From an uncultured Gammaproteobacteria bacterium (GTDB lineage: Bacteria > Pseudomonadota > Gammaproteobacteria > UBA9214): 18,110 nucleotides of DNA. The notes under the pieces are model-generated. The model had not been told where the DNA came from, searched no databases, and worked only from the letters and a program-made list of their open reading frames with translations. The stretch spans positions 1 to 18,110 of the forward strand of contig CAVYZN010000025.1 in NCBI GenBank assembly GCA_963773065.1, in the 5' to 3' direction. Shown one piece after another: positions 1-8,421 of this stretch. A program made the position numbers and the translations under genes. Every line of letters begins with the position of its first letter. The first letter of the stretch is position 1.

Positions 1-373
1 CGCGCAATGATTCTTCAACGCCGGAAAGCTCTGCCTTCACATCGTTCAATTCACTTCGCGCCTTGGTACGGAAACTTATCTCGAGGCCATTAATCTTATC
101 TTTAACTTATTCAAGTGCGGACTTAAGGCGGGGTATTGCAAGCATGCTGGCATCAAGATCACCCTTGAGGTCATTAAAAGTGCGCTTGAGTCGCAGGATC
201 TCGACCTCAGAAATAGCACCATCATTCTCCAGTGGTTCAGACATGGCGATTTCCTGTCTAACAAATTCGTGACTGCGGGCGATTCTGTCTTTCTTGGAAT
301 GAAGTTCAGACAATTCCTGTTTGTTCTGTTCCTGCTGTACCCTGAGAATATTCACGTTCGATTCAAGTTCACA
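1..373 (-). pseudogene. HlyD/LapC-family type I secretion periplasmic adaptor fragment (5' part missing, in-frame TAA at 109-107, runs off window edge)
   Basis: The minus frame reads ELESNVNILRVQQEQNKQELSEL...EIAMSEPLENDGAISEVEILRLKRTFNDLKGDLDASMLAIPRLKSALE*VKDKINGLEISFRTKARSELNDVKAELSGVEESLR. This matches the coiled-coil hairpin of T1SS adaptors (PL..GA.SEVE.LRL motif). Only ~50 nt separate it from the lapD stop, leaving no room for the N-terminal TM and barrel segments. Confidence 0.8.
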
Positions 374-424
374 ACCTGATGGTGGATGCGGACGATATTC
401 GGTGATGTTCCCCGGCGTATTGCG

Positions 425-2383
425 TTAAAGGGATTCCGGCTTGCCGACGAGGTATCCCTGTATACCATCGACTTTTAATGAGCGAACTGCATCGCTTTCT
501 TCTCTGGTTTCAACCGCCGCTGCGAAAACACTGATATCTATGCTGTGTGCCGTATCTGCCAGTGCCCGGATAAAGAACTGATTATCAGCATCACGATTGA
601 TGTCACGGGTGTAACCGCCATCAATCTTCAGATATTGCACCTTGATACTGCGTAGATATCCAAATGAATTGAATCCGCGCCCGAAATGATCGATTCCGCA
701 ACCGCACCCAAGCGCCGACAATCTGTCAACAATGGTGCGCGTGGTCTCGATATTTCTTAGCACGCCAACCTCGGGAAGTTCAAAAACAATCCGTCGGCCA
801 GTGTCGGGTGCTGCCTGGATCTGGTTGCAGAGCCACTCCACAAACATCGGGTCATGCAGCGATGTCGATGTCAGGTTAAGTGCATATAGATAATGTTCCT
901 CAGGGTTTGCAGAGAGATATTCCAGTAATTTGCTAATGGTGAGTTTATCCAGTGCAGTGGCAAGTCCCATCCGCTCAGCCATGGGCATGAATACCCCTGC
1001 CATAATCAATTCGCCATCTTCGTCCGGTAATCGCAGGAAAATCTCCTTGTGTACCACCTCAAGCCCCGTGCTGGTGAATTTCAGAACAGGTTGAGCAAAG
1101 AGCGCAACGCTTGTTGACCCGATGACCTGTTTGAGGAAAGCATTCCATTGTGCTGCGCCCCGTATTGTTGGCTTTCCGGTAGCAGGCGGCTCGTAACGGT
1201 ACCAGGCATTTCCGCCGATGGTCTGAGCAGAGCGCAGTGCAATATCAACCTTGGCAAGCACGTCGGATAAATTGTCACCCGATTGCCACATGGCTACACC
1301 GATGTTGGCGATATCCTTGTATTTGACAAGGTTCTCAGTATGTAGCTTTAGGAGATCGTTGCTGAGTACATTTGCCAGTGCGTCGGCTTCACTATTGTTG
1401 CAGTCGTTGGCCACAATGGCGAATCCTGCGCCGGAGATTCGTGAGGCGAAACAATTTCTGAAATCAGCAAGACGGGTTTGTATCAGTTCCGCGGTCCTGT
1501 GCAGCACACAATCGCCGGCTTGGTATCCTGAAGCCGTGTTGATATGTTCGAGGTGATAGATTTCAACCAATATGACGGCACCCCCTGCGGATTCCTCACG
1601 TGATTCGATGAGTGTTTGCAACTGGCGGTCGAAGTAACGGCGATTGCCCAGATCCGTAACCGGATCCTTGTAGGCCTGTTCGCGAAGCCGTTCCGTTAAT
1701 GTGGTTTGTTCCGTGAAGATCTCATTGACCTTCGTCGTCAGGCGATTCATAGCCTTAACGACGCGACGCAGTTCCCGGGTGCGCGGGAGCTTTTTCTGGA
1801 TCACATAGGCACGTTCACATATTGCCTCGGCTTGTTCCTCGACCCTCTGTAACGGCTTTAACAGCAGCCGTATCGCCATGATACCCAGGAGGAGTGCCGT
1901 AATCGTTGTCAGAGAGAACAACCAGAATGTGTCAACTGTATTTTTCCATAATTCACGGTAGGCATCTCCCGGGTGGCTGGCAACCATGACGGTTGCCGCC
2001 TGTTTCCAGCCGGACATGACCATGGCCTCAGCCATGGGTAACCGCAGGTCGATGTTGTCAACAAACCACGCCGGAACATCTTTGTCGGTCACCGGATTGC
2101 TGCGCTCGATTAATGTATTTCCATCAACCGTTATGACGCTGATTGTTTTGAAATAACCACGGTCAAAGATTGCATCAACCATGGAATTCATGAGCGGCTC
2201 GTCATTGCGTTGCATAGGTGGGGAAAGTGAGAGGCCCAGTGAGGTCGCCGTATCCTGGGCATGTGATGCAAGTTGTTCGCCAAGAAAGTTACGCAAATTG
2301 CTTATGCTGATGGCCACTGAAGCCAGGAAACAGGCAGTGAACAACAGGATGATGATCAGCACGAGTTGTCGGTATAGAGTCAT
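425..2383 (-). CDS. lapD: LapD c-di-GMP receptor (TM, periplasmic output domain, HAMP, degenerate GGDEF, degenerate EAL)
   Basis: MTLYRQL start, HAQDTATSLGLSL, AIFDRGYF, GWKQ LapG-binding motif (W126), HAMP (LPRTRELRRVVKAMN), GGDEF degenerate as SGAGF, EAL part with EIF, DHFG and AAAVET; adjacent to lapG. Confidence 0.95.
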   Translation of the reverse strand: MTLYRQLVLIIILLFTACFLASVAISISNLRNFLGEQLASHAQDTATSLGLSLSPPMQRNDEPLMNSMVDAIFDRGYFKTISVITVDGNTLIERSNPVTDKDVPAWFVDNIDLRLPMAEAMVMSGWKQAATVMVASHPGDAYRELWKNTVDTFWLFSLTTITALLLGIMAIRLLLKPLQRVEEQAEAICERAYVIQKKLPRTRELRRVVKAMNRLTTKVNEIFTEQTTLTERLREQAYKDPVTDLGNRRYFDRQLQTLIESREESAGGAVILVEIYHLEHINTASGYQAGDCVLHRTAELIQTRLADFRNCFASRISGAGFAIVANDCNNSEADALANVLSNDLLKLHTENLVKYKDIANIGVAMWQSGDNLSDVLAKVDIALRSAQTIGGNAWYRYEPPATGKPTIRGAAQWNAFLKQVIGSTSVALFAQPVLKFTSTGLEVVHKEIFLRLPDEDGELIMAGVFMPMAERMGLATALDKLTISKLLEYLSANPEEHYLYALNLTSTSLHDPMFVEWLCNQIQAAPDTGRRIVFELPEVGVLRNIETTRTIVDRLSALGCGCGIDHFGRGFNSFGYLRSIKVQYLKIDGGYTRDINRDADNQFFIRALADTAHSIDISVFAAAVETREESDAVRSLKVDGIQGYLVGKPESL

Positions 2384-2455
2384 CGGGTTATTACATCCCT
2401 TGCAGTTTGCGCAGTATAGGTTCTAACAGTATTTGATGCATATTTCTGCACATGT

Positions 2456-3118
2456 CTATGGTGCAAGTTCATCATTGATACGTGCAATTACATCACGCCA
2501 CGGAGCAAGTCGATCCGCCCGCCCGACTTGCGTGCTGTCAGCCAGTCGTGTTTTTGCCAACCACAGGCCGTTACCGTTAAAACTGTAGACAGGTAGGAGG
2601 TCAGCACGCATTGCTGCGGGTCTGATCTCCTTTTCCAGGTTGTCCAGCACCAGCGGGTCGTCATCCGGAGAGGAGAAATAGGTCAGAACCATGTGTGCCT
2701 GATTCAAACGCAGTGCCTTAACGTAGGTAAGTCTCATCCGATCTGCAGGTATACCCATCTCCAGAAGCGTAAAATACTTCGCAATGGAAAAATCTTCACA
2801 ATCGCCGCCATTTGAAACCAGGGTTTGCAGTGGTGTGGCCCAGTAGTCTTTCTTTCCCCAATGGTCAATATCGTTGACAAACTCAAGCTCATTGAAAAAA
2901 TCATTGACCCTTTGCAATTTCTCCATGTCGGAAAGATCCCCACTCGAACTTATAATCGCCTGCCAGTGTACGACACGCCGGCGGGCATATTCGCCGTGCT
3001 CCTGTTTGATCTTTGCAATGGCTTGTCTCGTCAAGGTGAATTCACCTGCCGTGGACACAGCGCTAGCTACAATGCAGATGAACATTGCAATGACGACAAA
3101 CCACCGTCCTGGTATCAC
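2456..3118 (-). CDS. lapG: LapG periplasmic transglutaminase-like cysteine protease (BTLCP)
   Basis: KLQRVNDFFN, DYWATPL, GDCEDFSIAKY (catalytic Cys), QAHMVL (His), PLVLDN (Asp), DLLPVYSFN. Start placed at GTG 3118, before the signal-like hydrophobic stretch. The ORF track start at 3280 adds 54 atypical residues, so the start is uncertain. Confidence 0.93.
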   Translation of the reverse strand: MIPGRWFVVIAMFICIVASAVSTAGEFTLTRQAIAKIKQEHGEYARRRVVHWQAIISSSGDLSDMEKLQRVNDFFNELEFVNDIDHWGKKDYWATPLQTLVSNGGDCEDFSIAKYFTLLEMGIPADRMRLTYVKALRLNQAHMVLTYFSSPDDDPLVLDNLEKEIRPAAMRADLLPVYSFNGNGLWLAKTRLADSTQVGRADRLAPWRDVIARINDELAP

Positions 3119-3387
3119 GGCATATCCGGATCGGGTGGAGGTAACAGGCAAAACTGTGTGGCCAGGACGGGTTAGCACCTGTCTGAGTGACAGCCTCGCT
3201 GGGGACCGACGAATTGTGGTTGTCAGCCGTGCTGTCACAGGGCAATACTCAATACGGTTGATATTCTTCAGCAATTCCATGGTGTATCGGCATTGATGCT
3301 CAGGTGCTTTGAGAATTTGTTAGTCTGTTTCTCCAACGTCTGGAGTAACGGTATGTTTGCTGAAAAAATGCGCCGGTTGGACATCCG

Positions 3388-3407
3388 CTGGTACTTAAGT
3401 CCAATTG
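3388..3407. promoter_or_regulatory. Putative operator box 1 (ctggtACTTAAGTccaattg)
   Basis: 17/20 identical to 3964-3983, with palindromic core ACTTAAGT; lies 53 nt upstream of the receiver-domain gene in the divergent intergenic region. Confidence 0.55.
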
Positions 3408-3460
3408 TATGCAGCGAGGCAACTGCATAGGCTTTATATGGTCAGAGGAAACAATCACTT

Positions 3461-3952
3461 ATGAAAACAATAAAAGTGACTTTTATATCATCCCGTGACA
3501 CCGTCCAGATGGAATGTGCTCAATTGGTGGAACAGAACCCGGATATAGAGCTGGTGTCGGTACCTTCCAGTCCGACCCAACTGGGTACCCGGATGGCTCT
3601 TTCCCGATCGGATGTCGCGGTTATAGATGACGACATCATACGGCGCGAGGGGGTAGAAACCTTACACATGCTTCTCGCATGCCACCCGGCGCTGAAATTC
3701 CTGGTAATTATGGAAAACTACAATGAAGGCAGGATGCTGTGGGTTATCCTACAGGGCGTGCGCGGTGTGATGCTCCAGCGCGAGGTGTTACAACTGCTCG
3801 GGAAAGCCATCAGGCATATTAATGATGGGGAGGTCTGGATGCCGCGTAGTCTACTGAAATTACTCAAGAATGAACTGGTGAGTCGGCGGAGGGGGTGTCA
3901 TTTAAGCATGGATCCCGCCACTAGTAGCAACTGGTGGATGAGATTGCACTAA
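3461..3952 (+). CDS. Stand-alone atypical receiver domain, VpsT/CsgD/NarL-like, lacking the HTH
   Basis: REC fold pattern (DIELV, DVAVID, GVETL, P..KFLVI, GVRGVM, LLGKAIRHINDGEVWMPR). The acidic pocket and conserved Lys are missing. The protein ends at 163 aa with no LuxR HTH. RBS agagga upstream. Confidence 0.8.
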   Translation: MKTIKVTFISSRDTVQMECAQLVEQNPDIELVSVPSSPTQLGTRMALSRSDVAVIDDDIIRREGVETLHMLLACHPALKFLVIMENYNEGRMLWVILQGVRGVMLQREVLQLLGKAIRHINDGEVWMPRSLLKLLKNELVSRRRGCHLSMDPATSSNWWMRLH

Positions 3953-3963
3953 ATGATAAGAAT

Positions 3964-3983
3964 CTGGGACTTAAGTGCAATGG
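3964..3983. promoter_or_regulatory. Putative operator box 2 (ctgggACTTAAGTgcaatgg)
   Basis: 17/20 identical to 3388-3407; 111 nt upstream of the adhesin ATG. Confidence 0.55.
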
Positions 3984-4094
3984 ACAGGAAAGTCACAAAA
4001 TGCGATGGTTATCTAAGCAACGATGGTTGCGATTAGTCTTTCATAATTACTATGAAATCATTGACATAGTTGTGAATGGCAGAGGTAATTACTA

Positions 4095-7048
4095 ATGGCA
4101 AGACTGCAGATTGGCGTAGTAGATGGCCTGCATGGTCAGGCTTCTGTTACTCATTCCGATGGCTCCACTGAAACCCTGCATTCAGGCAGTCTGTTGTATG
4201 CGGATGACGTGATAACCACAGGGCCAAACGGTCTGGTTGAAATCACGTTTATTGATGGGTCGGGTTACCAGATTGGTTCCGATTTCACCACCATCCTGAA
4301 CAATGACATATTTGATCCTGCGGGTCATACCCTGGTCTCTGAGGACGGGGACGCAACTGTGGCAGTTACTCATATAGGCATTGTCACGACCGTTGATGGT
4401 GATGTGAAGGTTGTCCGTTCCGATGGCAAAACCTATGACCTCTCACCCGGTGATTTCCTCTACCACGATGATGTGATCATAACATCGGATGACGGCAGTG
4501 CCTTGATCACCATGCTGGATGGTTCGGACTTGAACATTGGCCCCGGGTTTACCGCACACCTGGGTGATGACCTGTTTCCCTCGCAATATTCAGATTTTCT
4601 CTCTGCCGGCATCACCGATGCCGAAACGATCCATGCTGCTATTCTCGAAGGCAAGGATCCAACCGAACTCACCGAGGCGCCGGCTGCAGGTGTTGCCGGC
4701 GTCATGGAGGATGAAGGTACCACTGTCGTGCGGCTTGAAGCTACGGGTCGCGTCGTAACCCCTGAAAGTGGGTTTGTGACAACACCAGTCGGCTACGGGT
4801 TCAGTGAACTGGATGAAGAGTCACTGCAGCCCCAGCAAGCGTCGCAGCAGCCTCCGGTCATCTCAATAGATACCTCAAACACTGTCGGTGACAGCGTTAC
4901 AGAGGGTGAAACACTTGTATTTTCCGTTGTACTCGACAAGCCAAATCCGACGGTTGATGTGAGTGCAACCTGGACACTATCGTTCGGCGCGGCTGGAGTT
5001 CAGGATCTCTCACAACTCGCCGCACTCACCGGGACTGTCACGATTCCGGCCGGTGAAACATCGGCGACTATAGCGATACCGACACTTGATGATTCCATAT
5101 TTGAAGGTGGACCGGGGACATTTGAAGACTTGGTAGAAACGCTCAGCGATATCACGAATGCCCAGCCTGACAATATCACGGCAATAGGCCTCATCGAAGA
5201 CAATGACGCGACGCTGGTGGGGTTTACGCCGGGGGCGGGCGGGAGTGAGGTGACGGTGACCGAGGGCGACCCGGGCGGGCCGGATGCGACGATTGTCTTC
5301 ACGCTGCAGTTGACCAATCCGTCGGCGAGTGCGGTGAGTGTGGACTACACGGTGGTGCCGGGCAGTGCGCTCACGCCCGGGGACTACAACGGTTCGCTCG
5401 ATGGGCTGACCGGGACGGTGACGTTTTTGGCGGGGCAGACGAGTGCGCAGGTGACCTTGATGTGACCGATGATCTGCTGGTGGAGGGCACCGAGGCGTTC
5501 ACGGTGGTGTTGTCCAACCCGAGCGGTGCGGCGCTCGATGCGGGGCATGCGAGTGCGACCGGGACGATTTTGGACAATGACCATGCGGCAGTATTCGATG
5601 CCGAGAGTTATGTCTGGTTGCCTGTTGACGTGGCCGAGATGTCACCGGAATATCAGTGCGGTTATCCCATCGGACTGAATGTCACGGATGTTGACAGTGT
5701 ACTAACGGTGGAAATCACAGGGGTTCCGGATCAGGGCCAGACCGGTTATCACAATGGCGCGACATTTATAGAACTGAATGCGGGCGATACGTTCACGCTG
5801 GGTGTGGGTGAGGCGCTGCCGGAGATTGTCTATATTCCACCGGATGTCGATCTGGGCACGATTGAGAATCCGGTTGAAGGCGCGGTAACTTTCAGCGTCA
5901 CTGAAGGAGGCGACCCGTCGACGACCAGAACAGGGATTATCAATATTACCGCCCTGCCCCCGTCCGGTCTGCCGGGGCAGGATATGCAAATCGGAGACGG
6001 ACATTCACCGCTGACTTCGGGTCATAATCTGGATGCGACCCTGGTGGTGGGTACGGAACTGGTTACGGCCATCGGCAGGGATGTGGGTGATAATGGCACG
6101 ATAGACAGCAGCTTTATCAACTTGCTTACGGATTTCCAGAGCAGGCCCTCATCCGGCGGTGTACCGATACCGGATGATCATCGGGCCGATGGAGCGCTTG
6201 AATCCACTGTCACGGCAACTATCAACGTTGACGGAATTACCTTTGCTGTTATCGCGGAGAACGATGGCGCCAACCAATGGAACTATGATCCTGCTACCGG
6301 TCTCATGACGGCATCCGTCAATTATAATGATGTTACCAGCGTGAATACCGGTGTGTTCAACGGAACGCTTGCCGATTATCTGGTTGCCAACCCACCGGAG
6401 CTGGGTGACAACTGGACGGTCACCTATAACGATTCCGATGGTGGTAACGAGCAGGCACGCTTAATGAGGTTCGAATTCGTCTATGACAATCCCGGCGATC
6501 CATCGATAAACGTCGTCGGAGGTATCGATGCTCCGAACATCATCTATTGCACGTCAGGTATGGACAGTCTTACGGGCGGCAATGTCGATGATGCGATATT
6601 TGGACGAGAAAATGATGACAGCCTGAATGGCCTGGGTGGTAATGACATCCTGGTCGGCGGCGCCGGTAATGACAGCCTGATTGGTGGCGGTGGTAATGAC
6701 TTTCTGGCCGGTGGTGGCGGCGGGGATGATCTGACGGGTGGTATTGGTGCGGATGTGTTCGCCATCCGGTCACTGGGTGAGGGCGTCGATACCATTCAGG
6801 ATTATCATGGCAGTGAATCTGATGTGATTGACATATCAGATATCCTGACCGGTTATGATCCCTCTATCCATCAAATCGAGAACTTTGTCAACATGACTTC
6901 GGATGGGCCCGATGCGATAATGGCGGTCGATCCTGCCGGCACCGGAGCTTATACGGATATCGCGATACTCTCCAATATGCCGGTTGGCAGTACCGTCACG
7001 GTCATTGTTGACCAGGACCATACCGCAGCGGTTCTGACGGTTGCCTGA
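4095..7048 (+). CDS. LapA-like retention-module RTX adhesin (T1SS substrate), split by a 1-nt deletion near 5458; ~984 aa when joined
   Basis: N-terminal retention module, AILEGKDPTELTEAPAAG LapG site, Calx-beta-like units (GTVTF.AGQTS; EGTEAFTVVLSNP; TGTILDND), nonapeptide RTX repeats, and a C-terminal T1SS target-like domain (VDTIQDY..DVIDISDIL). ORFs 4095-5465 and 5462-7048 join mid-domain (VTL[D]VTDDLLVEG). RBS agagg. Confidence 0.9.
4107..4577 (+). repeat. Tandem duplicated retention-module beta domain (4107-4313 and 4371-4577)
   Basis: Two 69-aa units align without gaps at 31/69 identity by hand count (IG.V....G...V..SDG.T..L..G..LY.DDVI.T...G...IT..DGS...IG..FT..L..D.F). Confidence 0.9.
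4855..5581 (+). repeat. Two Calx-beta-like extender domains
   Basis: Each has VTEG, TGTVT(I/F).AG.TSA, DD...EG and a terminal DND. Both end in gacaatgac (5199-5207, 5573-5581). Confidence 0.75.
6548..6763 (+). repeat. RTX Ca2+-binding nonapeptide repeats (8 units)
   Basis: CTSGMDSLT GGNVDDAIF GRENDDSLN GLGGNDILV GGAGNDSLI GGGGNDFLA GGGGGDDLT GGIGADVFA. Confidence 0.92.
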
Positions 7049-7091
7049 AAGCGCGAAACTCGGGTACGTGCAGAATATCTAGTATTCACAG

Positions 7092-7126
7092 GAGGGCGGC
7101 AATCATGCCGCCCTCAAATTATTTTT
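7092..7126 (+). terminator. Intrinsic terminator after the adhesin
   Basis: Perfect 10-bp stem gagggcggca/tgccgccctc with a 4-nt loop, followed by aaattattttt, 43 nt after the adhesin stop. Confidence 0.75.
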
Positions 7127-7173
7127 CACGTGCCGGCGTATTCCACATGGAGTTGTGATTTAATCCCCCCACT

Positions 7174-8421
7174 ATGTTTCGACCCCTTGAATTGTATATT
7201 GGCATGCGTTACACGCATGCCAAAAGGCGCACACACTTCATCTCGTTCATCTCGCTGACATCCATGCTGGGTATCGCGCTCGGCGTGACGTCGCTGATTA
7301 CCGTACTGTCTGTGATGAACGGGTTTGAAGGGGAATTGCGTGATCGCATACTTGGCATGGCCTCGCACGCATCGGTAACCACCTTTGATGGCTACCTGGC
7401 CGACTGGCAAGACGTTGAGCGGGCCGTCATGACGCATGGCAACGTCGTCGCCGCTGCGCCTTATGTGAGTGGTGAAACCATGCTGAGTGCCGGTAACCGC
7501 GTCAGTGGAGCGATCATACGCGGCATCCTGCCGGAACAGGAAGGAGCGGTTTCCGATGTGGTGTCGCATATCAAGGCCGGCACTGTCGGGAGCTTAAAGG
7601 ATGGCGACTACGGCATCATTCTCGGCAGTGAGCTGGCCTATACATTGGGGGTGGGGCTGGGGGATGCCGTTACGGTGGTCTCACCCCAGGTCATGGTGGG
7701 TCCGACCGGGGTTATGCCACGGTTGCGGCGCTTCACCGTGGTCGGACTGTTTGAAGTGGGTATGTATGAATATGACCGGGGTGTGGCGCTGGTGCACATG
7801 AAGGACGCCGCGCGGCTGTTCCGTCTCGGTGACAATGTTACCGGAGTCCGCCTGAAGCTGGATGACCTGTTCGCGGCGCCACGCGTTGCCGACGAACTGG
7901 GCATGCAACTGGGGGCGAATTACCGTGTGGAAGACTGGACCCGGCAGCACGCCAATTTTTTCCGCGCTGTGAAGACCGAAAAACGCGTCATGTTCATCAT
8001 CCTGACGCTTATCGTCGCCGTCGCGGCATTCAATATCGTTTCGACGCTGATCATGGTCGTGACGGACAAACGCGCCGACATCGCCATCCTGCGCACGTTG
8101 GGCGCATCCCCGCGCAGCATCATGGCGATCTTCGTGATCCAGGGCGCGGTCATCGGCTTGTTCGGAACCTTGCTGGGCGTGCTCGGTGGCGTCTCGCTGG
8201 CTCTGAATATAGAGACTATCGTGCCGGCGATTGAATCGTTCTTCAATGTGCGGTTTCTCGCCGCGGACGTCTATTACATCAGCGAGGTTCCCTCCGACCT
8301 GCACTGGCATGATGTGCTCATCATGACGTCAGTTGCGCTGGCACTCAGCCTGCTGGCGACACTCTACCCCGCCTGGCGAGCCGCACGGACTCATCCAGCC
8401 GAGGCCTTGCGCTATGAGTGA
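7174..8421 (+). CDS. lolC: Lipoprotein-releasing ABC transporter permease (LolC/E family)
   Basis: [59 protein letters not shown]-terminal PAEALRYE. LolC vs LolE vs LolF cannot be resolved by eye. Confidence 0.95.
   Translation: MFRPLELYIGMRYTHAKRRTHFISFISLTSMLGIALGVTSLITVLSVMNGFEGELRDRILGMASHASVTTFDGYLADWQDVERAVMTHGNVVAAAPYVSGETMLSAGNRVSGAIIRGILPEQEGAVSDVVSHIKAGTVGSLKDGDYGIILGSELAYTLGVGLGDAVTVVSPQVMVGPTGVMPRLRRFTVVGLFEVGMYEYDRGVALVHMKDAARLFRLGDNVTGVRLKLDDLFAAPRVADELGMQLGANYRVEDWTRQHANFFRAVKTEKRVMFIILTLIVAVAAFNIVSTLIMVVTDKRADIAILRTLGASPRSIMAIFVIQGAVIGLFGTLLGVLGGVSLALNIETIVPAIESFFNVRFLAADVYYISEVPSDLHWHDVLIMTSVALALSLLATLYPAWRAARTHPAEALRYE

Noticed and set aside
3140-3260. c-di-GMP-I riboswitch-like fragments (ggcaaaac...ggacg; cacagggcaa)
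   Set aside because: The GACGCAAAGC junction and the GNRA tetraloop/receptor are missing. An Rfam scan would settle it.
3964-3980. Operator box read as a sigma54 promoter
   Set aside because: GG-to-GC spacing is 9 or 8 nt rather than 10, and box 1 lacks the GC.
3992-4005. FleQ box (gtcacaaaatgcga)
   Set aside because: Only the left half resembles GTCA..AAA.TGAC.
5655-6550. Two Cys in the adhesin as a disulfide pair
   Set aside because: Both are TGC at Gly-like positions (one starts an RTX repeat) and could be GGC>TGC changes or errors; no support for a pairing.
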